A stretch of 63,982 nt of DNA, the filler included, from Perkinsus olseni (taxonomy: Eukaryota): NCBI GenBank assembly GCA_013115125.1. It is 4 parts of 4 records of this genome, joined end to end, with 100 filler letters (N's around TTAATTAATTAA, not from the genome) between each part and the next. Parts side by side here need not be neighbours in the genome. Positions count along the whole stretch, not along the records: positions 1 to 17,508 come from JABANN010000643.1; positions 17,609 to 35,070 come from JABANN010000644.1; 2 more parts are not named here. One strand, given 5' to 3'. A model generated the notes under the pieces. It was not told the DNA's origin. It was given only the letters and a program-made list of their open reading frames with translations, and did not search any database. Positions 13,489 to 25,310 of the stretch are shown here, one piece after another. The position numbers were made by a program, and so were the translations under genes. Numbering within the stretch: the stretch's first letter is position 1; the number at the start of each line of letters is the position of its first letter.

Positions 13489-13641
13489 CCGAAAATAATG
13501 AACTGGTGAGACCTCAAACCATCCCCCATGCCCTATACCCTCCCTCATCAAAATCAAATTGATCAAGTCCGAGCCACTAAGCGCTTGAAACCGCCTCAGA
13601 GGGGCCTTAGCAGATGCACACTATTCTTAGAACAGGTCGGT

Positions 13642-14633
13642 CTAATGACTCACGCCACTTTGCTGAGCATTTTCCTTGCTATATACGAAAAACGGGTTGG
13701 GAGTATCTTCAGAAATGTCAGCCCAAGTATGGTTGACATCCCTGTGCCGGTCTTCATCCGCCCTCATGCAGACAAGCGCGTCCAGGAGCGTGGCGTCCGT
13801 AGGCAAGTAGTAGTACGACCGAGCATAATACGGCGCTGAACGCTCGAACTCGGGAATCTTCCCGTTCTCAACATCCTCGATGATTGCCGTGTAGGTCTTG
13901 AAAGCCTCTTCCTCCAAGTACCCGACAATCCTATGGCAGAACCGTGGAGAGATCGAGTACGCTGTAGCATAGAAGACAAAGAAAGCTCCCTGCGCCGCAG
14001 TGATCAGGCTACGCAGGACCCAACCATGAGAAATAAGGGATTGCGAAATCAGTAGGTGCATTCTCTCATCTTCGGCCTCTTCGATAAGGGTTGGTATCCA
14101 GCCGTGATCTCTGTCCATCCTACGCAACGACTTCAAATGGCGATTCAAAGCAGCCACCATGCCTGGTATGCCCGCAATCGTTTCAACGAAGATGAGGCGA
14201 TGGGCGTAGAGTTTATAACCGCGCTTGAGAAAGTCGTAGCCAGAGAAGAAATCGTAGCCAGAACGACAGAGCCACACTAAGGAGTAGGCCAACCTATCCT
14301 GAGCATTCTTCGGTTTCAAGTGTTCCGAAGTCAACGCACGAGCTTCCGGGATGTTCCACCGGGCATGGAAGATACTACCGATGCCGTTGGGGGAATCTGC
14401 GAAAGGAAAAATTGAACGACTTCAAGTTGCACACTGAATGACAACCCACCATTGACTTTAGTCGCTTCCCTGTACTCAACTTGGTCCTTAACGTCTTCGG
14501 TGAAGTCCACCGGCTGACTGGTGAATCTACGGAAATGTGGTACTGTGTTAGCACAGAGTGTTGCTGTAACGGAGGGAAGGGTAGAACGAAGCAGGGGCGT
14601 CAGAGAACGACTAACTGATAATGATGATAACAT
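13642..14633 (-). CDS. AOX: Alternative oxidase, mitochondrial (2 exons: 14450-14633, 13642-14396)
   Basis: Di-iron motifs VETIAGIPGM, EEAEDERMHL, GYLEEEAFKTY and RADEDRHRDVNH. Ser/Arg-rich N-terminal transit peptide. GT-AG intron 14397-14449 joins the exons in frame. Confidence 0.95.
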
Positions 14634-15395
14634 TATTGTAAAAATAAACTGGAAGAAGATCGTCGACTTCGAAAGATAAAGCCCCCACCCGGCAGGATGC
14701 GCAAGGGAGTGAGGGCCAAAATCCAAGGAAGCGCCTGTTGATACCGTTCCACGCCCAATTCAGGCGAGCTCCACCCACCCTCTGAAAGGGCCCAGTTCGG
14801 GAGTCATTCTGAATGGAAAAATGCCGGTAGCCAGCGAGAACGATGAAAAGCCTGAATACTGAAATGGTTTGCCCGCATCCTATAAGCACGATGACAGGCA
14901 GGCGAGCTCGTGGCCCCTCGTCGAGCGGTGGTGGCGTCTTTGGGATGCGGAGAGATTGTTCGCGCCAGGTTGAAGTCCTAGTACCCAGGGGCATTGAGAC
15001 ATCAGCACGCAAGCAGCACGGGAATTGATCTCACAACGGCAACTTGCACACGGACATGAATCAGATACCGTTGAAGGAGCGTCTAATGTAAACACAGGAT
15101 GTTGATAAAATTATCATGGCTGCCGATTCAGCCATGCGCTGCAAAGACACGGAATCACAAAAAATGACGGACGTTTTCGTTAAGGTAGGAAAACTCCGAG
15201 AAAGTGACCACCACACGAAGGTGAAAATAAAACAGGTCGTTACTTGCCTTCTGATAGCAAATTGATAACTATGTACCATCGATCATTAAAGGTACACAAC
15301 CGTATTAATCCACCGAAATTAAGCCTAGCAAGGTTACTGGCACAACCATAAGGGAATAACGAAGAAGCTGCAAAGTCTTCTATCGCTGCAGCATA

Positions 15396-16367
15396 CTAAT
15401 GCTGATTTCCGGGAAGTCGTAAGAGTTGGTATTCCGTTTTCTCACCTCGTACATTGAGCCTGCCGGGTTCGTCACACAGGCAGAATCTCAGTGAAGATTC
15501 TGGCTCATCAGTAGTCGTTTGCAATCTGAAGCAGCCAGGTGTGGTATGATCTGGGACGATTCTTCCCCTGGTCCGCGCCAACATCGTAGCTTCTCCGTAC
15601 GCGTGTAGCGCAGCGCGAGGAAGACCTCCATTCATTGGGGTTTGGACGAACAAGTGAACCTCAACTGAACCGGGAGCCCAACCAGCGTAAGCCCCATCCA
15701 TTATGGTCGTACCATCAGCGACGCTTTGTCCTTTCAACGGTCGCGGTTGAGCCTTGTAGGTTGGGGTAAGAGATGCCGAGGACTCTCCAGTAGAAGCAGA
15801 GAGATGGTCGCTGCGTATCAGAGGTACCGGTAAGTTGAGCTTGTCGAATGGTTCGTAACTGGAAGGCTGGTGCGCGTCCAAGTACAGGACCAAATCTGGT
15901 ATCCTTCCACTTGACGCATCGCTGCTGGCCGTGGTGCAGAGGACCATTCTTTGGCGATTCACATCCCACACCTTATTAAGCAGGCCATAAACGACCGGCA
16001 TGACAAGCTGTGTAACGTCCGAGCCGAACCTGTAGCACTCCGTGACGGGGTGGGTCATGACTCGTTGCAAGAGGTGGGGACCGCAGAGCTTGATCAGGTG
16101 GGGACCCTCAAGGTAAAGCGAGGAAAAATAGTCCAAGAGCCCATTGCCGAAATATATGCTCGCGTACGTCCTCGCCATGAGTTGGATTATTTCCAGACGA
16201 ACGGGCGCCAGGAAGCTCAACTCAGAAGAAATGAGTCTTCCATCGGATAGGTACACGCCATGAGGGATGCCGCTGAAGAAGGGGAGACCACCGTCAGGTT
16301 TGTTAGTAACAGAGCCGAGAGAAGCTCCGAGTAAAAGACTGCTTGTCAGGAGACCTCCAATGGGCAT
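15396..16367 (-). CDS. Intronless hypothetical secreted protein
   Basis: 323-aa ATG-initiated ORF with a signal-peptide-like start (MPIGGLLTSSLLLGASLG). No family recognised. Confidence 0.65.
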   Translation of the reverse strand: MPIGGLLTSSLLLGASLGSVTNKPDGGLPFFSGIPHGVYLSDGRLISSELSFLAPVRLEIIQLMARTYASIYFGNGLLDYFSSLYLEGPHLIKLCGPHLLQRVMTHPVTECYRFGSDVTQLVMPVVYGLLNKVWDVNRQRMVLCTTASSDASSGRIPDLVLYLDAHQPSSYEPFDKLNLPVPLIRSDHLSASTGESSASLTPTYKAQPRPLKGQSVADGTTIMDGAYAGWAPGSVEVHLFVQTPMNGGLPRAALHAYGEATMLARTRGRIVPDHTTPGCFRLQTTTDEPESSLRFCLCDEPGRLNVRGEKTEYQLLRLPGNQH

Positions 16368-16527
16368 GTGGTAAGCCGATAAGGGACGAGACGTGGATTG
16401 CTTGACGGCAAGTTCGGCGCGCGCCCAAAAAATTTCTGCGATCGCCCCGAAAATCTCTCAGTCCGCCCTCAATCTTTCTGAAAGCACCCCAAGTTGGGGT
16501 CCCCAACTCTTACAATGTCTGTGTCGT

Positions 16528-16736
16528 CGTGAAGAACCCTGCTGCACTGGACAACGTGACTGTTCCGTGGCTCGAGGTCGTTGTCTCCAACGCCGAGGTG
16601 TTGCCCTACGACTGTTTTGGTCCTTGTGAACCCTGTCACCGTGAAGAACCCTGCTGCACTGGACAACGTGACTGTTCCGTGGCTCGAGGTCGTTATCTCC
16701 AACTCCGAGGTGTTGCCCTACGACTGTTTTGGTCCT
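16528..16736. repeat. Direct tandem duplication, 112-bp period, two copies
   Basis: cgtgaagaaccctgctgcac...ttttggtcct starts at 16528 and 16640; the copies are near-identical. Confidence 0.9.
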
Positions 16737-17330
16737 ATTCTGACCTCATAGTGAAAATAGGATGTGGAAACTGCCAATTCAAGGACGGAAGGACCTCTCG
16801 AAGAGGCGCCGATCCGGGTCGAAGGCCAGAGAAGAAGATCCGCCACTATCAGAATCACTACTCCAACCTCGTGATAAAAATGAGATGTGGAAACTGACTT
16901 TTCATGATCCATCACTATCAGAGTTACTATCCTGACCTCAGAGTGAAAATAGGATGTGGAAGCTGCCAATTCAAAGACGGAAGGACCTCTCGAAGAGGCG
17001 CCGATCCGGGTCGAAGGCCAGAGAAGAAGATCCGTCACTATCAGAGTTACCACACTGACCGCGCGATAAGAATGAGATGTGAGAACTGACTTTTTATGAG
17101 CTGTAAGAGCTCTCTGCCAGGAGCCCATCAGGGTCGAAGGCCAGAGTTGCCGATCCGCCACTATCAGAGTTACTACACTGACCGCGTGATCAAAATGAGA
17201 TGTGGAAACTGACTCTTCATAAACGGGAAGAGCTCTCAGCCAGGAACCCATCCGGATCGAAGGCCAGAGATGCCGATCCATCACTATCAGAGTAACTACA
17301 CTGACCGCGTGATCAAAGTGAGATTGTGAC
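16735..17330. repeat. 123-bp tandem repeat array (about 5 units, one internally deleted)
   Basis: Anchor cactatcaga at 16844, 16913, 17036, 17159 and 17282 (spacings 69, 123, 123, 123). Confidence 0.9.
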
Positions 17331-17508
17331 GGTGTGAAGTGTGGGATTTCGGCCGGAATCGGGACAGCGCTCCACAAGTGCGCAATTGTGTAGTGACGGG
17401 TGCTTCAAGCTAAGCTTAGCTAGATCGATTTCGTAGCCGTTACTCCGTACAGACTCGGTTGTCTGACGTGGTTTACCGACGTATCGTATAGCTTTGGTGA
17501 CTCGTGTC

Positions 17509-17607
17509 NNNNNNNNNNNNNNNNNNNNNNNNNNNNNNNNNNNNNNNNNNNNTTAATTAATTAANNNNNNNNNNNNNNNNNNNNNNNNNNNNNNNNNNNN
17601 NNNNNNN
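17509..17607. other. Artificial scaffold linker (N-TTAATTAATTAA-N)
   Basis: N runs around a six-frame-stop 12-mer; the same structure occurs three times in the window. Confidence 0.97.
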
Positions 17608-17680
17608 NGGGATTCGAACCCTCGCGGGCATAGCCCAACGGCTTAGCAGGCCGCCGCCTTAACCACTCGGCCAAAGTGTC
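17608..17680 (-). tRNA. tRNA-Ser(GCT), 3' end truncated by the gap
   Basis: GACACTTTGGCCGAGTGGTTAAGGCG GCGGC-CTGCTAA-GCCGT, a long variable arm, then GGTTCGAATCCC. Confidence 0.9.
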
Positions 17681-19033
17681 TGAAGCACATCAGCATAAGG
17701 ACCGATATAGAATTTACCCATGGTACACTATACAGGTTCCGCGTAGGATACCCATACGAACGCAGGCCCACTGCAGCTTCCCATCCAAACCTCGCCGAAC
17801 TAGAATCCTTTCGCCCTACTGATGATATCTGTGGCTAAAGGACTACGAGGCAACAACAACCAAGTCTTTGCGATGAGAAGTGAGAGCTGTTCTTTTGGGA
17901 AAAAATCATCCGAAAGCCCTAGAAATTTCCGATCTAGTGAGGCCGGTCTCGTCCCAACATTCACACTTTGAATGCTTCAGCTCAGCTGTGGACGTTTTTT
18001 GACCGGACTGTACCAACAGAATGGTGACAGCAACACTTCCTGCTTCTCCGCTAAAGTGCAACGCTCTAGACCTCGCCAGTTCCGTGTAGTCCGTCAGTTA
18101 ACACGACCCGAAGATGAGACGAACTAGAGAAACCGTGTGTGCTATTTCACAACCGAAATGGAGGGCACTCTGATAATACAGAAAACAATAAGTATGACAA
18201 GATACGGATTACAACTTGGCAGCAACAGATAGAGATAACGATAACGTAACCAGTATGCACTCTCAATAGGAAGTTGTGAAACATAACAACCGTCGCAACC
18301 ACGTTATAGTGGCGGTGATAATGGTAGTGGTGGGAGTACTTCTCACCAGTGACCAGTAATATGCGAGAATATATGTGAATACAAAATCTAGTACTTCAAC
18401 GGTATGACAATTAAATCACAGTGAATATGCCAATGGAAGCTTCTGCTAGGTGACCACCAAAACAAGGTGTTTTCTCAGTGGCCACGCCGATGTGTCTGAG
18501 GACCGACACAGCACTCCCCAGTAGAAGGAACTGGGGCAGAACACGTCACTGTTTTATCAAAAAGAGCAGTAGTAGTGACAGCAGAATGCAGTACTCGAAG
18601 CTGCTAACATAACTTCTCTCGCGCACACTACAGAACAGTCTTCCGGGTCGCTGGTCACTCGCGACGGTTTCACAATGAAGGAACGATGAGTCTGCTGGTA
18701 CATTACTGTTAGCGAAGGGTGGAAAACGACGAAGGTTACGATACTATAATAGTATTACTATTATTATGGTGATTTAAGATAAGATACGCAACTGAGTGAA
18801 GACGAAGCTAAATGAAAGCCGACGGGCCGTCAGCGGTGGCGGCGATTGTCTTCTCTCAGGGATTCCTGACGGTAATTTCAAGACTGAAAACGACGGCTCC
18901 AGACGGACCTGATGGTGGCTCAGTTCTGAGACGAGCAGATCGAGGCGGTGGTCTCGAAGGAGCTCGAACTAGCTTTAAGCAAATCCAAGCACTCCGGTGT
19001 ATTGACGTAAACCTGCGATGAGCAAGCTACAAC

Positions 19034-20161
19034 CTAAGATACGCTCGGATACGCTACATCATGTGCCATGGTGATTGCCATCTGATAGAAAGGGCGTTCA
19101 TCACCCAGCAGAGCAACCGCCTCGGGTATCGTACACCAGAGACGATCGCGGAAGCGCTCCTGATAGACAGAAACGAAGACTACTGTGACCCCGAGGGTGG
19201 CTGAAATGCCGTGCTGCACTCAGGCAACACGACTGGAGGGTGGATAAGCATTGTTCTTATGATGAATGGAAAACGGTCTACTCTCTTGAGGAGCATAGCG
19301 TCTACTACTGTTAATACTGCCAATAATAATACTCCTTTTAACACTACTACTTCTAATACTCCCCCCCCCTTAATGAGTAGTTGAGGATGATGTTGAGGGT
19401 GGTATTACTGTCAGACATAACAGGCTATAGTTACATAGACGTGACTGTGAGTTGGCTGTTAGTTGTGAAATTACATGAGTCAATACTAATACTGTGAATG
19501 GTAGTACTGTTAATATTACTACTACCGGAAATATTAGTACAACTGTGAAGAATACTACTGCTACTACTATTGATACTACTAGTACTGTTCATACGGTGAA
19601 CTCCCCTAAGCCTCTGGTCATAGGGTCGCTCATTATCACCTCGCGCCAGTTGTCCATGACCTCATCACATCGACCGTAAAAGACACGAGTCGCCTTGGGA
19701 CTGCCACTCTTATCGTGGGACTTGACCCAGCCTAGGTCACCCAAGACGGTGCATACCACACCAGCCTGAACTCATGGGCGGTCTTGACCGGCAATGAGAA
19801 GTACTGACTACCTCTTCGAGAGTCTCCCGTACTGCAGCTGCTTCCAGTGATTGATCGAAGCCTTCTACCTTCCCGCTGGGTATTGTATGTGTCATCGCAC
19901 CATGACGACGGGAGTTCACAAGAAGCACTGAGTCGCCTGAACATGATTTAATAGGGTCGCCACCCCTTTCGAAGAGCCCTACCGGTCTCGTTAAAGACAA
20001 CACAGCCCGCACGCTTCCTATACCTGAGCCACCAAAAGCGTGAACAGAGAGGAGCGTCATCACCATCTATCGTACTCTTCCGTAGGCTTCCACGACCCCG
20101 CTGGGCTAAACCCCGACTGACCTCGCCGCAGGCTGTTCCCGGCGGCAGTGGCAGTACTCAT
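19034..20161 (-). CDS. Nudix hydrolase, diphosphoinositol-polyphosphate phosphohydrolase (DIPP/Ddp1)-like, multi-exon
   Basis: Spliced peptide ..VLLVNSRRHGAMTHTIPSGKVEGFDQSLEAAAVRETLEE|AGV (Nudix box) ..VMDNWRE|ERFRDRLWCTIPEAVALL. The VLLV-S-R and W-E..R-R-W..EA patterns resemble the DIPP subfamily. Last intron is 19160-19639. Confidence 0.8.
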
Positions 20162-20401
20162 TTTTACAGAATTCATGTATTGATAACAAGCTGATAACAA
20201 GCTGAGGGTACACGACTTACCCAAACTCGAGGTCCTCAGAAGGGCGGTAATTATACAAATTTTGACTGCACAGGACCAGAGAACACTAACAACTGTGCTG
20301 TGGTGAAAGAGAGTATGAACACCCGTGAGATGATGACCAATTATACGACGGACCACGACGGTTGCCCGCGAAAAGTTGGTCGAGGAGTGGTATTAGAGTA
20401 A

Positions 20402-22503
20402 CTACATGGACGGCATGACCGGCGGTGAGACCTGCTGTTGCCGCTGCTGTTGAGGTGCTGTTGCTGCCGTGGTGGCAGCAACCCCGCCAGAGTCCATGAA
20501 CTCCTTCTCAGCCAAGTCACGACGACGATGTACGCTTGCCGTGACCAATTCAATGTCCTTAGTAAATGATGGCAGCGACCCACAGGAGGCAAAATACGCG
20601 CTGTGGTCGTCCATACCGCAGACGGAGTCGCAATAGCTGCTACTGGAATCGCTACTGGAAAGATCATCGTCCTCATCAGCACCGAAATGGGCGTGCATGA
20701 TGCCGCCATCGCTGTAGCTCTCCAGCGGGCTCACCTTCGACCAAGCGCCTGCTGGAAGAAGATGTAGGTAGCTTGTCATGACACCTGTAACGCCGTAGAG
20801 GTTGTTCGGTGGTGGCGAATGCAACCGCCAACCGTGACAGACCGAGCAGGGCCCGTCCGGGAAAACGTCTTGACTCTGACTCTCACAGGAGCACACTCGC
20901 CAGTTACCGAGAGCCTTCACTTGAGCTTGCATATGGCGTGGCATGAAGAGATCCAGTGGCAGGTCCTTAGCTCCGCAAAGTGGGCAAGTTGTGGTAGTCT
21001 GGCGTTGAAGGCAATGACGATGAAAGTGATGTTTGCAAGGTGTGGTAACGACAGAGTCCAGCAGGAGCGGTTCGCAGCAGAGGGAACAAAATTGGCTGTA
21101 CATCCCCTCGCCGGAATTACCAGTCCAAGCGGCATTCTGCTGTGAACTCTTCTCCGAAGAAACGCTGGACTCCGGCGACTTGTGCACTGCCGGCGGCAAG
21201 GTAGAAAAGAAGGAACTAGTACTGGGCTCATTTTTTTGTTGCTGCTCTTGTTGCTCCGGAGACGCAGCTTCTTCACTCGGGTGGTCATCGACCTCGACAT
21301 ACTTGGCCATCCTCAGCAACATATTGGTGGTGGAGTTGCTGTTAGTGTCCGTCTTGAAGTTGACAGTCGGGTCCAGTGGCTGCTCCCTTCTGCAGATCGG
21401 GCACCGGTCGAAGCGGTACTCTCCCGGCGCGAAGGCGATCGGACCCAGGACGAAGCACTTCCAGCAAAATTTGTGCTCGCAGGTCGACAACTCCACCACG
21501 TCGCTGCACTTCTCCAGACAGATGGGACAGCGCTCGTCTCGGAACATTCCCACCGGGCAATCATCATCTTCGGCCAGAACCAACTGGGAAGGCAGCTTTT
21601 CTGGACCGAGTTCGTGCAGCCTTTCACGGCAAAGGGCGTTCGAGAGGGACTCTATCGACGCCTGAGAAAACATCATGATCGATCTCAGAGATGATTTTGA
21701 AATCGGTTCGCTTTGAGAGTAAAAAAAGATTCGATCCCGAATACATTCTACGATCGTTCAACAAACAGAACAGAACAAGTCTTCTGACCGGGCAACAGTG
21801 TTACCTGCAACTCGGCGAAGTCGGTCCCTGTAAAAAATTTCTGCCTGCGCAACCAACGTGCCCTTTCCTCGTCCATGTCCACCGGGTCGCGAGCACCGTT
21901 CTGGCCGTCCATAGCAGCTCTGAGGGGGACGAGGATGTGATCGATCATACCACAACTCCCGCAAATCAGACTCACCTCAGTTTGTTTCGCTTTTTAAGAA
22001 TCTTCACTACTCCCACGGCGTTCCAAACCGCGAATTTTCGCAGCTCGTCCACCGATCTACTCAGACTCATCAACTGCCGCAGCCGATCCGAAGAAGATTC
22101 TTCCTCTGAGAAAACCCAATTGGTAATAGTGAAAGATTTTCTTTTCACGTACGTGGACCCTCCGAGCTGAGGGCAGTGATTTTGTCTTGCACGGCATGAG
22201 CGTGCTGACTGAAGGAGCTGTTGACCTCGTCAATCTGCCATAACATGCCAGCTTCAACCTAAGATACTCCCCTTCGTCGTACCTCATTCTCCAGCATTCG
22301 TTCGAACGACTGGCTCTGGTAATCGTTACTGCTGCTGCTACCGTTAGTCTGCTTGTTCCGAGCGGACCGCTTGAGTATCTTTTTTAACGGTTTGTACCTA
22401 GCTTCGACCTCAACAACAAACACTGGTCACACTGGTAGTACTGCAAGTAATGGAGGTCCGGCCGCTGCTCCTGTTGGACTGATATGTTCTTGCCAAACTT
22501 CAT
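20402..22503 (-). CDS. SPX-domain protein with two RING fingers (putative E3 ligase)
   Basis: Spliced N-terminus MKFGKNI..HYLQ|YKPLKKILK and LRKFAVWNAVGVVKILKKRNK are SPX hallmarks. RING1 is CPICLE..CEHKFCWKC..CPIC; RING2 is CSLCCE..CKHHFHRHC..CPLC. Confidence 0.88.
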
Positions 22504-22694
22504 TGTGACGGCAAGCAAGATGACGACGCCACAGTACTGAGATTGAAAATGTGTATTCGTGAATCGCTTCGCTCCGCTAGAATAGCTCATTTTGATATTT
22601 TCGTAGTCGGTAATATTGACGTATGCGGAAGGACCTACTGGAGTACCGCAGACCGGCCACAGCATCGCCTGAAGCCAACCTCAAGCGAAATGGT

Positions 22695-23990
22695 AGTGGA
22701 TGGGGGTGTTTTATGAACTAATTCTCAGCAGAACTGTATTTGAGACCGCATCATTTTACGTGTAAAAATGGACAACGCTAGAGCAGTCCTCGGGTCGCCG
22801 AACCTTGTCCGACCTTGACGCAGGCGACTGTATCGCTACTGTGTTTGATACGAGCAATACGGGCGCCCACCATCCGCCTGATGCGCCCATGAAAATCAAT
22901 TCCAGGATCGAGTCTGAGTCTCACAATTAGTGGGGGGTGTTCAGTAGACCTCTTCTGAATTTCACGGGGCTCCCAGAATTGTATTTAACGTGTAAAAGTA
23001 TTCTTGAGAGCGCTGCTCGAACTCAGGGAGGGCAGTAGTCTATTGAGCCCACAGAGACGTTTGAAAGTGGGGAAAGGCTGGCGTTTTGGGAGCGCTCCTG
23101 AAATTCTTCAGAGGTATATTGAATATCCTCATGGTTAGTGCCCCATAGACCTCGCAAGCACTATATTCACCGTGTAAAGAGCGGTCTTGGACAGGCAGTC
23201 TATTGAACCCACGTGGGAGGAGGCTGACGTAGGACTGGTCGAAGGCAACTTCCTTCAGGACCGCGCGATGGCAGCAAAGCTCTCCATAGATCAGAGAAGG
23301 TATCTCGGCGGAGCACCAACAGGAAGAGGAAGGAAGCTGTATCCGGGAGGGTGTTAGATCGGGCCAACCTGGTGGCTGAGCAAGGGACAGAGATGCTGCG
23401 GGCGATGCACCGATGGGAGGCGGGAGAGGATCGTGGTGAGTGACGCAGGCATGCGGACGCCTTTCGATGCTTTCGCAAACTCTTGAAATAAAGCGGTTTT
23501 ACGCCCCTTCTCGTTGGAGTGGTCTTCTTGAAAAAATCTCGAGATCTGAGGGAAAATGCTGACAGCAGGAAGCCGGGCAAGTGGTCAGAAAATGAAGAAA
23601 AATATTGCAGATGTTTTGCCTCTACGATTACCCATCAGGGACCTCTCCATCGGGCTGGGGGTCAATGACCTCTCTGGGGCTCACCACCTCCGCCAGTTGC
23701 GGTGGCCTTGGAAGTGGTGGTGGCGGCCCGAATCTGGACGCCCGACGCGAAGTTCAATCAGTTGAACGAAGGACTTACAAGAGGCCCCCTTCTAGGAAAA
23801 ACGGAGCTGCTGCTGGGGTAGCGACGGAGGTGGTTGCGAGTGACTTTGGGAGATCGTTCAATAGACCAGCCCTGAGACTCAGATTCTGATCCCGCATTTT
23901 ACGTGAAAAATTCGGTTCTGGAATCGCATTTTACGTGGAAAGATAAGTTCGATTCAGATTCGATTCTGAGTTTCGGAATTAGTTTTTTTG
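22695..23990. mobile_element. Cluster of degenerate short inverted-repeat (MITE-like) elements
   Basis: Recurrent GGG.GTTCAATAGAC / GTCTATTGAAC motif in both orientations (22934, 23038, 23115, 23198, 23856). About 45-bp imperfect inverted repeat 22934-22978 vs 23084-23130. Repeated TTTTACGTG(T/A/G)AAA core. Confidence 0.55.
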
Positions 23991-25310
23991 AATGAAGGGG
24001 GTAAGTTTAATCTCCATTCTGCTTAGTTATTTAATATAGAAAGGATTACTGATGCATTTGAGAGAGAGCCGAAGCATTCGCCATTGACCCCGGGAACGCC
24101 AGCAACTCTAGCGAACAGACCGCCTAGTAGACGGGGTTGTTCCGCTAGGAGAAGCAATCCGGCGCTGTTGGCCCACATCAATGGTCAGGTGGTCACAGGG
24201 GTAGGCTGGGCAGGGCCGCAGGAGCGCTGAAAGGGTGATGGTGTTTAGGGGTCATGGGCCGCTCCACGGTCGAGACGCTCAGTGGCAGAGGGCAGTGCAT
24301 CCCAGAGGCCCGCAGTATCCTCAGGTAATGGCTAGGAGGGGTTAGGTAGACAAGACCCGATGTTGTTCAAGAGGGTCGTAAATCTCTTCATGAGTGATCG
24401 TCATGAGGATCATCGGGAGTTCCCGAAGTTCAGGAGCGTCCCCAGGATTGAATTTAAAAGACTAAAACACGATCCTGGGAGTGTTCGTAAAACTCAGGAG
24501 AGGCAGTCCGTAGAGCACCCGAGCCGTTTCGCACGCTTTATCTTGTCGTACGGGTATTATATACGATAATGTGCTCTATTGTTGCTGTTGAGCCCTCCGG
24601 TTTAGTCATACCCGTGGAAAAATCTGTTTTTTCTCATAAAAAATTGAAGGTTCACCCGCCTCTGGTGGACGAGTCGGTTGATTTGGTCAGATGTGGGTGC
24701 CTACATATCCGATGACGAGGGAGATGATGATGGCATTCTGGTGGAAGACTGTCCGACGAGGCCTACCACTCCGAGTAGCAACGCGGGCACAGCGACGTAT
24801 CGCCGGCCCTCGGCGGGGGTCTCTCATGGTAGGGTATCTTTTGTATTGTCTGTTGCATGCTTCGACCTTAGATACCGGCAGCAGTCTGAGGTCTCACCGG
24901 TCCTGTGGGTCCATTCCAACGGCTCGTAGGTGGATGCTATCCTCGAGAGCGTCAGGTAGTGAGAGAAGGAAGGTTGGCGGCGCTTGATTTCAGCTCGAAC
25001 TGGATGGCTCCGGGGCGTTTTGTATAGAGTTAACAAGGAATTTTTTTCATGTCGAGCAGGCGGTCGTCATCAATTTTGCATGCTTTCCGTGGGTCATGAT
25101 AGCAACATCACTATAACAAAATATAGTGATATAACATCACTTGCGCAAATCTGCGTAGAGAGCTGGACTGGTTTTCCATGGTCGAATTAGGACTGTCGGG
25201 ATCCAAGACAGAAAAGAGCCCCCCTTTCTCCGTTCATTGACCTGGGCGCCCGCACTGCCCAGAGGTTGACGCCAGTAATGCACAAAAGAAAAGATTCCCT
25301 GCTACTCGCA

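Noticed and set aside
16528-17330. CRISPR-like array
   Set aside because: Units are contiguous tandem copies without unique spacers, the context is eukaryotic, and no cas genes are present.
17553-17564. TTAATTAATTAA palindrome as a biological site (also in the other two gaps)
   Set aside because: Always centred in N runs; it is a six-frame-stop scaffolding linker.
17700-19030. Hidden gene or ncRNA between tRNA-Ser and the Nudix gene
   Set aside because: No convincing ORF chain, box motifs or stable structure recognised; likely UTR or intergenic.
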